Assembly (NCBI GenBank): GCA_963663225.1 | Contig: OY760142.1 | Location: 3,136,001-3,200,000 of the forward strand | DNA: 64,000 nt | Reading direction: 5' to 3' | From: Nitrospirota bacterium | Lineage (GTDB): Bacteria; Nitrospirota; UBA9217 | Translations under genes and position numbers: made by a program | The notes under the pieces: generated by a model | What the model saw: only the letters and a program-made list of their open reading frames with translations | What the model was told of the DNA's origin: nothing | The model's database searches: none | Part shown: positions 1 through 10,249 of the stretch, piece by piece | Layout: every line of letters begins with the position of its first letter | How positions within the stretch are numbered: the first letter of the stretch is position 1

Positions 1-747
1 GCCAATTCAGACACGTACGACAGTATCGACAATACGGGGACCATTACCCATACGGCGGTAAGCAATGGGGCCGCACAACCTTCCCTTCCGGCAAATTCTA
101 TGTGGCTGCAAAAGGTAGTTACCAACGCAACCCAGGCTACAGCCTTTACCGATTTAAGAAACTTGACCACCAATGAGCCGGCCGTCACGATAAATTCAAT
201 ACGAATTCAAAAGGTAGTGGCTGACTCATCAAAAATACAGTCCGTGATTGATTATCGAACGCTCAATAAGCCTATTTTGTCAAGGCCGGCGTATCGCGGG
301 GCATTGGTACGCAGAACGACAAACCAAACTCTCACCGTTGGTGGATACACAACGGTTGATTGGGAAGCAGAGGTTAGAGATACCGATAATATTCACAACG
401 CAAGCTTAAACACAACAAGACTTACTGTTCCAGCAGGAGCTTCTAAGGTAAGGCTTAGATTTAATGGTTATATTGCTCATGGCGGAACCCCGAACGGAAC
501 GGCGGCAGCTTACCTATATAAAAATGGTGGAAGTAATTATGTTGGGGCTTGCTGCGATATTATTTACCCTTCGCAATACTCAGGGGCCATTTTTACCCCG
601 CTTATAGTGTCACCTGTGCTTGACGTTATTCCTGGTGATTTTTTTGAAATAGTAGTTGTGGGAGCCTCCGGGTCTACTTCTGCAACTTTAAGAGGTGGAG
701 GGGACGGGACGTATTCCGCTTTCTTTGAAATGGATATTGTTGAATGA
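1..747 (+). CDS. Tail fibre/tail-associated protein, C-terminal part (5' truncated by window)
   Basis: Frame is open from base 1 into ORF 100..747; Thr/Gly-rich beta-type sequence (DTDNIHNASLNTTRLTVPAG) like phage tail/C1q-like C-terminal domains. Confidence 0.6.
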   Translation, partial: ANSDTYDSIDNTGTITHTAVSNGAAQPSLPANSMWLQKVVTNATQATAFTDLRNLTTNEPAVTINSIRIQKVVADSSKIQSVIDYRTLNKPILSRPAYRGALVRRTTNQTLTVGGYTTVDWEAEVRDTDNIHNASLNTTRLTVPAGASKVRLRFNGYIAHGGTPNGTAAAYLYKNGGSNYVGACCDIIYPSQYSGAIFTPLIVSPVLDVIPGDFFEIVVVGASGSTSATLRGGGDGTYSAFFEMDIVE

Positions 748-986
748 AGTTGCTTTCCTTACTGTCTGGACCGCTCGACGCTCGGGACCGGGATATTTTA
801 AATCAAGTCCTTCGAGCGCAATGGTGGATCAATCCCCTGCTGAACCCGGAATGCGGGAAGGTAGAGCCGGAGCCGAAATACGTGCGAATGGTGGCCTATG
901 CGAACGGAACGGATTGGAACCCCGGGGGAAATGGCGTGGTGGGATATTACCGATGGACCGGGACGGCCTGGGTATATGTGGGGTGA
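744..986 (+). CDS. Small phage structural-module protein
   Basis: ATGA overlap with upstream stop; YANGTDWNPGG...YYRW motif resembles small podovirus tail-region proteins. Confidence 0.6.
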   Translation: MKLLSLLSGPLDARDRDILNQVLRAQWWINPLLNPECGKVEPEPKYVRMVAYANGTDWNPGGNGVVGYYRWTGTAWVYVG

Positions 987-988
987 AT

Positions 989-1447
989 ATGAGATTAATA
1001 CCTTACGAATATAAGCATAATGCCCGCCTCATGGAAATTTATAAAATAACCGAGCCGTGGGTTGAGTTTCACCGAGCAAAGTTTGACGCATGGTTTGCCG
1101 GCAGAGAAGGATTTGTATTGGTTTCAAGCTGCGGCAAGATAGTTGGGGCCATCACGTTCACAAATTATCAGCCGAATTCTGATATTACAATTCATTGCTC
1201 TGTTCTTCCTGAATACCAAAAACGGTGGCTGACAAAATCCATATACAAGCAGGTATTTGACGTACCGTTTGTAAAATTGGGGCTTGAACGCTGCAGCGGG
1301 TTTATTATCGACGGTTGCACTCCAAGAGGGTTTCACGAAAGACTTGGATTTAAATATGAAGGAACTTTAAGAAGGTCCATAAGGGTACAAGGCGAATACA
1401 GGGATGTTCACCTGTACGGCATGACCAAGGATGAAAGACGATGGTAA
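989..1447 (+). CDS. GNAT (RimJ/RimL-like) acetyltransferase-fold protein of the ejection module
   Basis: ATG at 989 just after upstream stop; motifs VFDVPFVKLGLERC and FHERLGFKYEGTLR; occupies the slot before ejection proteins seen in podoviruses. Confidence 0.8.
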   Translation: MRLIPYEYKHNARLMEIYKITEPWVEFHRAKFDAWFAGREGFVLVSSCGKIVGAITFTNYQPNSDITIHCSVLPEYQKRWLTKSIYKQVFDVPFVKLGLERCSGFIIDGCTPRGFHERLGFKYEGTLRRSIRVQGEYRDVHLYGMTKDERRW

Positions 1448-2466
1448 AACGGGTTCTCTTCTGTTTCTATGCAATACCGCTGCATTATAACCACGGGGTA
1501 GCGCTCCTGTCTCGCCTGTGCAAAGACGCTGGCATAGAAGTGGATATTTATATGCCTGAGGACCTTTACCTATTTCAAGAAAAATTGAGAAGCAAAAAAT
1601 ACGACCTTGTTGGATTTTCTATTTCCATACTGAAAGACTTTAATCTGTGCAAGCCTTATATAGATTTGGCTTTGAGAAACGGCAATGAGGTTGCGCTTGG
1701 AGGCACGTTCTTTCGGCGCAACAATCCTAATGAGTATGATGGACGTTGTTTTATCTGTCGGGGAGAAGGTGAACTGTTGCCAGAATTTATTTTGCATGGT
1801 GATGAAACAATATTTAATACCCGTTTCGTAAACCCTGACATTGAGAGCCTACCCCTTCCAGATTTTGAAGCTCCTATGCGGTACGACGGTGACATACCGA
1901 GATTCAAGCCGAGAAAGATGGTGCCCTACTATGCCAGCCGCGGATGTATCGGTAAATGCAACTTCTGCGACGTACAGCATCAGACGGGGGTTGTGCGGAT
2001 CCGGCGTAAAGCCAAAGAGGATATGCAGAATATCGTTAATATCCATTCTCCGGAAATGATTTTTATAGGCGACGAAACGGCACCCTACTACGACGACGGA
2101 TGGCGTGAGTCCTGGGAAGATTTCAAATTCCCATTTTACGCCTACATTCGAGCCGACATACCGAAGGAAACTCTTTTATGGCTTATTGAACGCGGCATGG
2201 TTGGGTGCGCGTTCGGCGTTGAGAGCGGAGATGAGGCGTACCGAAATGATGTGCTTGGCAAAAACCTGTTTGATCGGGATATTTATAGAACCGCTGAAAT
2301 TCTTAGGCAACACAATCGTCACTTCGTCCATTTCTACATGACAGGGACAAGAGGGGAAACGAACGAATTGAAATACAAGACAATAAAATTTATGGAAAGC
2401 ATCGGGGGCTATCCTGTGCTTTTTGGATACACAGAGGTGAAACACGATTTAAGGAAGGGGGCATAA
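1441..2466 (+). CDS. B12-binding-domain radical SAM protein
   Basis: SRGCIGKCNFC (CxxxCxxC); N-terminal DLVGFS..LGG..RGEGE cobalamin-binding-type motifs; FGVESG. Confidence 0.85.
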   Translation: MVKRVLFCFYAIPLHYNHGVALLSRLCKDAGIEVDIYMPEDLYLFQEKLRSKKYDLVGFSISILKDFNLCKPYIDLALRNGNEVALGGTFFRRNNPNEYDGRCFICRGEGELLPEFILHGDETIFNTRFVNPDIESLPLPDFEAPMRYDGDIPRFKPRKMVPYYASRGCIGKCNFCDVQHQTGVVRIRRKAKEDMQNIVNIHSPEMIFIGDETAPYYDDGWRESWEDFKFPFYAYIRADIPKETLLWLIERGMVGCAFGVESGDEAYRNDVLGKNLFDRDIYRTAEILRQHNRHFVHFYMTGTRGETNELKYKTIKFMESIGGYPVLFGYTEVKHDLRKGA

Positions 2467-2467
2467 A

Positions 2468-3568
2468 ATGTCTATTGCCATTATAGGCGCTGTTTGTGCG
2501 GTTGGATCTTTGGGACTTGGTATTTATAGCGCTGTCGCCGGCGGGGGTGGTTACAGTTTTGGCGGGACTTCTGTGCCGGCAAATATGATTACTTACGACG
2601 AGAACGGAAACGTATCTCAAGAAGTTATATGGAACGCATCAAAACAGGCGTACGAACAAAAGTCTTATCCTTATGGCAAGGCTCCCGACAAGCCGGCCGC
2701 CCCTACCGCTCCCGATCAGACGCAATATTATGCGAAGGACCAAGACGGAAATTATATACTCGATAAGAACGGGCAGGCTACAGTAGATCAGGCCACTTGG
2801 AATAACGCACAGGCACAGTACCAGATTGAATTAAAAAAATACAACGAAGAAACCCTTCCTCAATGGGAAAAGGATAATGCTACTTGGGTTAAAGCAAAAT
2901 CCGAGTACGAGGCCGACAAGGCTCTTACCGATGAAATTTTAAAAAATAAAAAAACATCTCTTAATATGAGTTGGGAGGAGCGTGTTTCTCATTACAACGA
3001 ATATGCAGATGATTTTGTAAAGCAGCAACACGCCATTCTTGATCCTCAGTTTGAGAAAGAGAAACAAACCGTTGCAGAATCAATGGCATCGCGAGGCATG
3101 ACCGGATCAAGGGCGGAGGTAGACACTAACGCTGAACTTGAAAAGGCAAAATCAAAATCAGACGAAGAGGTTTCCACAAATGCAAATATGTATAAATACG
3201 CCCTTGCGAATCAGGAATTGCAGGGAGATTTAAGTATATACAACGCTATAAAAGCCGGCCAAGGGGCTGATACTGCGCTTGCCCTACAGAAGCAGACCGC
3301 GGGAGTCCAGGGGGCAGTATTGGGCACACAAGCATCATTGGCAAGCACAACTGCCGCAAACAACGCATCTTATCAATCGTGGCTGTCAAATTACCTAGTG
3401 AACCAAAGCCGGTCTAAAAGCTTAACGGATACCGCCTCCGGCTTGGCGTACCTGTACGGATACGGGAAAAAGGCGGGATGGTGGAGCCCTGCGAATTCTG
3501 GTGGCGGGTCTGGTGTTTTAAGCAACTCTACTTCTGGTTATTTACCAGCAACGGCGGATATTGGATAA
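2468..3568 (+). CDS. Putative DNA-ejection/pilot (internal virion) protein
   Basis: Hydrophobic Gly-rich N-terminus, Ala/Gln-rich helical body, ASRGMTGS motif; position after GNAT. Confidence 0.6.
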   Translation: MSIAIIGAVCAVGSLGLGIYSAVAGGGGYSFGGTSVPANMITYDENGNVSQEVIWNASKQAYEQKSYPYGKAPDKPAAPTAPDQTQYYAKDQDGNYILDKNGQATVDQATWNNAQAQYQIELKKYNEETLPQWEKDNATWVKAKSEYEADKALTDEILKNKKTSLNMSWEERVSHYNEYADDFVKQQHAILDPQFEKEKQTVAESMASRGMTGSRAEVDTNAELEKAKSKSDEEVSTNANMYKYALANQELQGDLSIYNAIKAGQGADTALALQKQTAGVQGAVLGTQASLASTTAANNASYQSWLSNYLVNQSRSKSLTDTASGLAYLYGYGKKAGWWSPANSGGGSGVLSNSTSGYLPATADIG

Positions 3569-3578
3569 GGAGATAATC

Positions 3579-4415
3579 ATGGCCTCTCTTGCAAGCATTT
3601 TTGCGAAACCGAACTCAGGCGTAAGCGATAGCGATGCAACAAACAGATTATTAAGCGCGAGGGCGGGAGTTACCAATACCACGATGAACATGATACCGCG
3701 TTCTGGTTTTGCCGCCCCTCTTGTGTCTGGACTGCTTGGGTATCAGACTGCGGGGCAAGAAATTGATGCTGAAGGGCAAAAGAAAATGACAGATTTCTTG
3801 TCTACGTTTCAAAAGCTCTCCAGGGTAAGCAAGCTGATGGCCGTGAAGTTTTTTAACGAGAACGGCCCCGAAGTAGGAATTGATGCACCGATAGATGGGG
3901 TTGAGTCACAGCCTGATATTACGTCGGCCCACTTTAAAGACGGCCACATTGTCGGACTTGGTATGGACGGAATTTATATGCCTGGACCGGATGGGAAATG
4001 GACACCTGCTACATCTGACTTTCTAGACCAGTTAAGACAAGATAATCTTACAAAAAAGAAGTCAAGCGGCGGGTCCGGAAGCACAGAAAAACGCACAACG
4101 GTATTAAATTCGTATACCAACATAAATCAAAAAATTATTTCAGCAACAAATAATATGGTTGGCCAGACGGCAACGCAAAAAGTACAGACTCAAGCCGTTA
4201 TTGATGACCTTGTTCGTCAAAAAAAGAATATGGAAAAATTGTACCCTTGGCTTGTCGATAAATCTGCCGCACCGACAGGAGAAGTCGCCCCCGCACCGCC
4301 CGCACCAGCGCCGGCAGCCAATAATAACGACACGCTCGGCAGCATACTGAAAAGATTACAGCCAAACTATACCCAAAGCCCCTTACAAGCTGACGATAAT
4401 GGACTGTATAAATGA
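3579..4415 (+). CDS. Putative second ejection (internal virion) protein
   Basis: AAGGAG RBS before ATG 3579; lies between pilot-like gene and giant protein; Pro/Ala linker. Confidence 0.55.
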   Translation: MASLASIFAKPNSGVSDSDATNRLLSARAGVTNTTMNMIPRSGFAAPLVSGLLGYQTAGQEIDAEGQKKMTDFLSTFQKLSRVSKLMAVKFFNENGPEVGIDAPIDGVESQPDITSAHFKDGHIVGLGMDGIYMPGPDGKWTPATSDFLDQLRQDNLTKKKSSGGSGSTEKRTTVLNSYTNINQKIISATNNMVGQTATQKVQTQAVIDDLVRQKKNMEKLYPWLVDKSAAPTGEVAPAPPAPAPAANNNDTLGSILKRLQPNYTQSPLQADDNGLYK

Positions 4416-7400
4416 GCGAATGGGACGACATTATTGCAGACAAGAGATTTATTGATCTGCCCGACGAGGACAAGCAGAAGGTTGCCGATATTTATTTTAA
4501 CGATAAGATTGTAACCGATAGACGTTGGAGTGAATTGGACCAGGCGACACAGGATCAGGTACGCACCGAATTTATGAAGTCTGTTTCCCCTGCCCCCATA
4601 CAGCAATCCGTTCCGGCTACAGTATCGTCCATGCCGTCCACGGCTTTGATTACGAAAGGCCCCGAGGATATATACTCCTCATTCGGTAGTGGCGTTAATA
4701 CGGCTGCGGCGACTATGGCCAAAGGCATGGATTCTATTGCGACGTATATAAGCGAGAAAACCGGATTACCAAAAGGCGGACTATTCGAAAAAGCAGCAAA
4801 GGAATATGAATCAAACGCCGCATATTGGAACCAGAAGATTAAGGAGAACGGTGTTGATGCGATCACGCAGATTGTAGGCAAAGCTGCCGGCGGAGCGGTC
4901 CCCGGTCTTGCAGATTTTGCGTTAGGACCAGCGTATTACGGCGTAAAGGGCGCGGCGGAAGCCGGAAATAAGGGTGAATCAGAAGCGTGGGGCGCTTTCA
5001 AAGGGGCGTCAGAGCGGTACATTACCGGCAGAGTTCTTGAAGCGCTGAATATGCTTAAAATGGCGTACCGTATCCCTGGTATGGGCGGACTTGGCGCCGC
5101 ACAAGCGACCGTAGAGGGCGGAGATGTGGCCGAAAGCGCCGGCACCATGGCGCTGTATGGCATCATGGGTCCGCGTGGGGGAATGGGCCCAAAAGACGTT
5201 GTGAGAGAGTTTAAATCTTCGATGGCAACGGGAGAGGGCACACCGGCCCCTATCCCTGAACCTCCCGCCGGTCCTCCTCCTACCGGCGGGGCTCCTAATG
5301 AAACCGCGCAGGGCGGCGAACGACGTACGAATCAAACGCTCCGCGATATGATATCAGATTATGAAACACGCGCAGTCGGCGGCGACAGAGAATCATTGCA
5401 GCATCTTATTGACTCCGGAGTTTGGGGCGATCCTCTTACCGGGCTCCTGAATAAAAACGGAATAGAAAAAATGAGGCCAGCCGTCGATGCGAAGCCGGAT
5501 AAATTTTATCTCGACCTCGACAACTTTAAGCAGATTAACGACAAGCTTACTCATGCCGGAGGCGATCAGATAATTTCCGAAGTCGGCAAAAAAATGCGCG
5601 AGATTTTTTCTGAGGACGATATTGCCGCACGGCATGGCGGGGATGAGTTTTCCGGAGGCGGGACAGCGCTTGCAGGAAAACTCGAACGATTGAGAAGTGA
5701 CCTTGAAAATGCTATAATTCAAATCAGAATACCAAAGGGCTCGGAGTTTCCTAAAGATAGCGGAAACATTCTGCAGAACGATCTTGTCCTTGAGCAGCCG
5801 GGTATAAGGTTGTCTTTTGGTGTTGGGAAAACGAATGAGGAGGCTTACAATGCGAACACCGCAAATAAAAGTGAAAGGCTTAAAGCTGGCCTCCGTACCG
5901 AACGCAACAAAGCGGCTTCCGACGTTGGGACAGCTGTCGAAGATATTACCAAAGGGATCCAAGTTCCTGGGGATCAAGTGGCCAGAGGCAGCCAAAGCGC
6001 CACAGCTACCGCAGATAGACCAGCAACAGCCGGAAGAATAGAATTACCTACCCCTGAGAAAATCACTCATAATCCGAACGCTGCAGACAATAAGTGGCCT
6101 TCTGGTAAATTTCGAGAACACGCCCCATTCTCCGAAGAGGACAAAGGTTGGCTTAACGATCTTCGCTCTCTCATCGCCGGTATTGAAGCGCCCGGCAAGC
6201 TTAACCCGAACGGAACAGTATCAACCTCTACCCTGCCCCCTCACCTGAGAAGCCTTGGACTGACCAAAGCCGATTATGACGTTGTGAATATGGCTTCTAA
6301 GGGCGAGCCTATTACCTGGAACCAGTACGTTAAAATTCAATCTTGGGTTGAAGAGCATAAAGTTGCGTTTGGCTTCCGGCCGGGTGAAGGATGGCCAAAG
6401 CCAGAGGATTTTTTTAAAGACGACTTTGTGACCGATGAAGAAGTGCCTTTTGAACGCGGGGCTCCCGGCGATTTTAAACTTACTCCGGACGAGCAAAAAC
6501 CACAAAAACAGAAGCCGCAACAGCAGGGCCTTAACCTTGGTATGAAGGGCGAAGATATGAGAGCGCCCAAAAAAGAGGGTCCGGGCGTTACGATGGATGA
6601 AACAGAGCTTGGCAAGGCCACGAACGCGGCCAAGGACCGCGAGGCGCAAGAGCGGCTATTTGACGCATCAAACTATGATCCGGCTGCAGTTCATTCCGAA
6701 ATGGAAATGCCGGAGATTGTGCAGCTGGTCAAAAAATTAACCGACCGATATCCTCAAGTCAACAAAGGCAAGATATCCGTGGCCATTGGGAAGGCCATAG
6801 GTTTTTTCGAGCCGTCAACCCGTCGCATTGTAATTTCGAATCACCTGTCAGAATTTGAAGGCTTGGCAGAGCGCGTCTTGGCGCATGAGCTTGGCCATGC
6901 CGTAGACTTCTCCGGCGCTCCGGGTAACGAAACAATGAGCCGCGGCAATATCCTTGGACGCATTGCATCACTCCGAAAGTATATGCAAGACCTTCTCGAA
7001 GAGCACCCTGGGGCAACCGAGGGCATACTTACTGATGCGGACCGAGCCCGGTTCGCGAAGGAAGCCGAGAGAATGGCAAAAGAGGAACAGGCTGGTCGGC
7101 AAGAAAGTGGCGGCACGGTCCCGCCCGAGGATATTCTTGCCATTTGGCGCGATGCGAGTGCGCGGGATAAAAACAAGGACCTGTACGACTATATTGCAAA
7201 GCTGTCCGCTGCGGAAAAGTCCAAAATCGTCAAGGACGCCATGAAGGGCATATCAAATATCACCCTGCGGGATCAGATTGCCGGCGGACATTACGAGCGC
7301 CTTGCACAGCGCGAGAAGGAAATATACCAAGACCTGCTCCGCCAGGAAATCATTAAACGGCGTCTGTATGAAAAAGAAACCATCATGGACGAGTTGAAAA

Positions 7401-10249
7401 AACTCACTCAAATAATCAAGCCGTTCGATGATGGCATAAACCCCGCAATTACGAAATACCGCTATTCTTCGCAAGAACTGTACGCCGATGCCGTATCACA
7501 GTTGCTTGTCGATCCTTCCCTACTCAAGAACACCGCCCCGACATTTCATAAGGCGTTTATGAGTTACCTTGAACGGAAGCCGGATTTTAAAGCCGAATGG
7601 GACCGGCTGCAGGATCTTGCCAAGGACCGCGAGGATATTCTATCTGAACGCCAGCAAAGAACATACGAGGGATATAAAGAACAAGAGGATTTGATTGCAG
7701 AGAACAGCAAGGAGCGCAAAATTCCGCTCATGCACGAAGTATTTAAGGCCCTGGTTGAGAAGAACGCGGATCTTTACGAAAAGGTAAAAGAAGTAAAGCG
7801 GCGCGACGGCGTTATTGAAGATACCAAAAACCCTCGCTACTGGACTGAACAATTACCGTATATAAATGGCCCCGTATTTACGTTTCTGCATGATGTGAAT
7901 GGCAAGGTAATGAACATTTCCAAGAAGCACAATATTACCCTTGATCAAATCGGAGAAATTTTCGAGCGGATGAGGGTTTCGACAGAACGGAAGAACATAC
8001 CGAACCCCGGCGGAATGACCGAGAAAACATCATTGGACGCCCTGGGAAAGTTAAAAGCAGATTTGGGGCCGGAGAGATTTGACGCTTTAAAGAAGGCCTA
8101 TGATGATTTTCAGTCTGCTTGGCAAAAACACGTTGTCGACAAAGTGCGGGAAGCTAATATGTGGAGCAAGGAACTGCAGGAATACGCCGAGAAAAACCTT
8201 AACTATGCCACCTTCCAGCACGTTCGGGAGTTTACCGGGAAACTCGAAGAACAAATAGGATACGAGAACAGCGCCAGGGTTTTTAAGCAGGTAGGCACAT
8301 TCGCGGAAATTCGCAACCCCTTTGTGGCCACCATTATGAAGGGCATGGCATTAGTGCGCGCTGCCGAAATTAACATGGCTAAAAAGGCAACCACGGATTT
8401 TTTGCTTAGAAACTTCGGGTCCGACACCATTCAAAAGGCAAAAGGCCGCTTTAATGGCAAATTCATGGAGTTTAAGAACGTGGACAGCGAAAAGGTCGGG
8501 ACCATCGTTTACATGGAAGAGGGAAAACTTCATGCCTATTACGTTCCGAAAGGAATAGCTGAATCGTTTGAGCGCGAGCCGCATATGGCGCAAATGATCA
8601 TGCGCGTATGGAATTTGATGAACGTGCCAATTCGCAATATCCTCGTTAGCCGCAATCCCCTCTGGATGGCGTTTAACGTGCCAAGAGACTTTATCGAAAC
8701 ATGGAAAAATACTCCGGACCTTACCATGTTCAAATTATTGCAGCGGTACGCCCAGGCCGTGCCTCATGCGTATAAAGAGGCATTTAAGGGAGAGCTTACG
8801 CCGACGGTTCGCAAGATGTACGAGAACAAGGAGCTTGTTATAGAGCGACATTTCCGGACGCTCGAAACCGACGATCCCATGAACGAGCTTAAAGATACTA
8901 TGCGGTCCTTTGGGCTGGCCCCGCAGCGGTACAACAATATCGTCTTAAAACCACTCAAAGCATTGTGGGACTTCCTTGGCAATACGGGGAAGTTTACAGA
9001 ACGGCTTGGCAAGGTTGCCGGATCCATAGAACTGCAGGAGCGGGTGAACCGTGGAACCATGGGACAAATGGAGAAGGCGCACCGCGTTAGACAACTGGTA
9101 GGCACTCCCGATATTCATGCTGGCGGATATTTAAAGCCGTTTTACAATAATATTTTCCTCTTCTCCAACGTGGCGATGAGAGGCTTCTATGCTTCGTATG
9201 AGGCATTTAGGGCCCGGCCGGTCGACTATCTGTGGAAAACAACGAAGTACAATGTAATGCCAAAATTGGTCATGGCTGCAGCTGCGGCCGGATTGCTCGG
9301 TGATGAGTTAAAGAAAATATATGCGGGGGTTTCTGAATACTACAAGACGAATTATCAGGTTATACCTCTTGGTCTTACCGAGAAGGGGAAGAGCGTTATT
9401 ATAACCCTTCCGCAAGACTACGCCGGCACGGGCATAGGGGCATTGGTTTGGAAGGCGTCTCAAGGGAAGTGGGTCGGTAAAAAAGGAATGACCGCGGCTA
9501 TGGTCCAGCAAACGCCGTATAGCTTTAATCCCCTGCTTAAAGTTGGCGCGGACTTGGCAAACTACCTTTCCGCGTCCCAGGTCTACGATGATTACAGGGG
9601 GAAAACGGTAATTTCCGACACCGAGGCGAAGGCTGCGGATTGGCATACCGCAATAAAGCTGGCAAAGTACGAGGCCGGACAGCTTGGGGCGAACGCTGTC
9701 TATCGGTTTGAATATGACGATCCTGCCCGCGTGAAATCGGACTTGGAAAAAATGCTCGACTATCCGCCCGGAAATGTTATTGGCAGATATCTAAAGGTGA
9801 CGGATTACGGGAACAGAGAGCAGCTTGAAGAGGTGACGGATCCTGTACAGCAAAAGGCCGCGCGAAGAACACTAAAAATAAACGACAAGATTAAAGACAG
9901 CATCCGTGAGTCCGGCGGCAAGTATGACGAAAAGAACATAGAGGACTTGTACGAGAAATTAAGAAACGATGGAACTCTTGAGCCGGGAGCCTCCGGATCA
10001 ACATTCAGGCAATTTAAGGCGAAGTACAACCGGTTTGCAGAGGGAAGATTTGACAATTACAAAATAGACGCCTTTGTGAAGGCGACAACAAGCGATGAAA
10101 AAGCCGCGCTGCTGAGTCACTATAAAGACATTATGCCGGCCAAAGAGTATGACGCCCTGTATGATCAGCTTATCGAAGAGGGTTTTTTAAAACGAGGGAC
10201 CGTGAAGTCTCTGAATCGAATGAACGAAAGGGAGGGCAGCAAGAAATGA
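4412..10249 (+). CDS. Large polyvalent/internal virion protein with GGDEF domain, zincin-like HEXXH domain and LPD38-like C-terminus
   Basis: 1945 aa; DPLTGLLN..DLDNFKQIND..HAGGD..RHGGDEF (GGDEF at 5636-5650); AHELGH (HELGH 6884-6898) plus later QELYADA; last gene before the lysis cassette. Confidence 0.8.
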   Translation: MSEWDDIIADKRFIDLPDEDKQKVADIYFNDKIVTDRRWSELDQATQDQVRTEFMKSVSPAPIQQSVPATVSSMPSTALITKGPEDIYSSFGSGVNTAAATMAKGMDSIATYISEKTGLPKGGLFEKAAKEYESNAAYWNQKIKENGVDAITQIVGKAAGGAVPGLADFALGPAYYGVKGAAEAGNKGESEAWGAFKGASERYITGRVLEALNMLKMAYRIPGMGGLGAAQATVEGGDVAESAGTMALYGIMGPRGGMGPKDVVREFKSSMATGEGTPAPIPEPPAGPPPTGGAPNETAQGGERRTNQTLRDMISDYETRAVGGDRESLQHLIDSGVWGDPLTGLLNKNGIEKMRPAVDAKPDKFYLDLDNFKQINDKLTHAGGDQIISEVGKKMREIFSEDDIAARHGGDEFSGGGTALAGKLERLRSDLENAIIQIRIPKGSEFPKDSGNILQNDLVLEQPGIRLSFGVGKTNEEAYNANTANKSERLKAGLRTERNKAASDVGTAVEDITKGIQVPGDQVARGSQSATATADRPATAGRIELPTPEKITHNPNAADNKWPSGKFREHAPFSEEDKGWLNDLRSLIAGIEAPGKLNPNGTVSTSTLPPHLRSLGLTKADYDVVNMASKGEPITWNQYVKIQSWVEEHKVAFGFRPGEGWPKPEDFFKDDFVTDEEVPFERGAPGDFKLTPDEQKPQKQKPQQQGLNLGMKGEDMRAPKKEGPGVTMDETELGKATNAAKDREAQERLFDASNYDPAAVHSEMEMPEIVQLVKKLTDRYPQVNKGKISVAIGKAIGFFEPSTRRIVISNHLSEFEGLAERVLAHELGHAVDFSGAPGNETMSRGNILGRIASLRKYMQDLLEEHPGATEGILTDADRARFAKEAERMAKEEQAGRQESGGTVPPEDILAIWRDASARDKNKDLYDYIAKLSAAEKSKIVKDAMKGISNITLRDQIAGGHYERLAQREKEIYQDLLRQEIIKRRLYEKETIMDELKKLTQIIKPFDDGINPAITKYRYSSQELYADAVSQLLVDPSLLKNTAPTFHKAFMSYLERKPDFKAEWDRLQDLAKDREDILSERQQRTYEGYKEQEDLIAENSKERKIPLMHEVFKALVEKNADLYEKVKEVKRRDGVIEDTKNPRYWTEQLPYINGPVFTFLHDVNGKVMNISKKHNITLDQIGEIFERMRVSTERKNIPNPGGMTEKTSLDALGKLKADLGPERFDALKKAYDDFQSAWQKHVVDKVREANMWSKELQEYAEKNLNYATFQHVREFTGKLEEQIGYENSARVFKQVGTFAEIRNPFVATIMKGMALVRAAEINMAKKATTDFLLRNFGSDTIQKAKGRFNGKFMEFKNVDSEKVGTIVYMEEGKLHAYYVPKGIAESFEREPHMAQMIMRVWNLMNVPIRNILVSRNPLWMAFNVPRDFIETWKNTPDLTMFKLLQRYAQAVPHAYKEAFKGELTPTVRKMYENKELVIERHFRTLETDDPMNELKDTMRSFGLAPQRYNNIVLKPLKALWDFLGNTGKFTERLGKVAGSIELQERVNRGTMGQMEKAHRVRQLVGTPDIHAGGYLKPFYNNIFLFSNVAMRGFYASYEAFRARPVDYLWKTTKYNVMPKLVMAAAAAGLLGDELKKIYAGVSEYYKTNYQVIPLGLTEKGKSVIITLPQDYAGTGIGALVWKASQGKWVGKKGMTAAMVQQTPYSFNPLLKVGADLANYLSASQVYDDYRGKTVISDTEAKAADWHTAIKLAKYEAGQLGANAVYRFEYDDPARVKSDLEKMLDYPPGNVIGRYLKVTDYGNREQLEEVTDPVQQKAARRTLKINDKIKDSIRESGGKYDEKNIEDLYEKLRNDGTLEPGASGSTFRQFKAKYNRFAEGRFDNYKIDAFVKATTSDEKAALLSHYKDIMPAKEYDALYDQLIEEGFLKRGTVKSLNRMNEREGSKK

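Noticed and set aside
695-988. N-terminal extension of the 250-aa ORF 695..1447
   Set aside because: Overlaps the better-supported ORF 744..986; the GNAT domain starts at ATG 989
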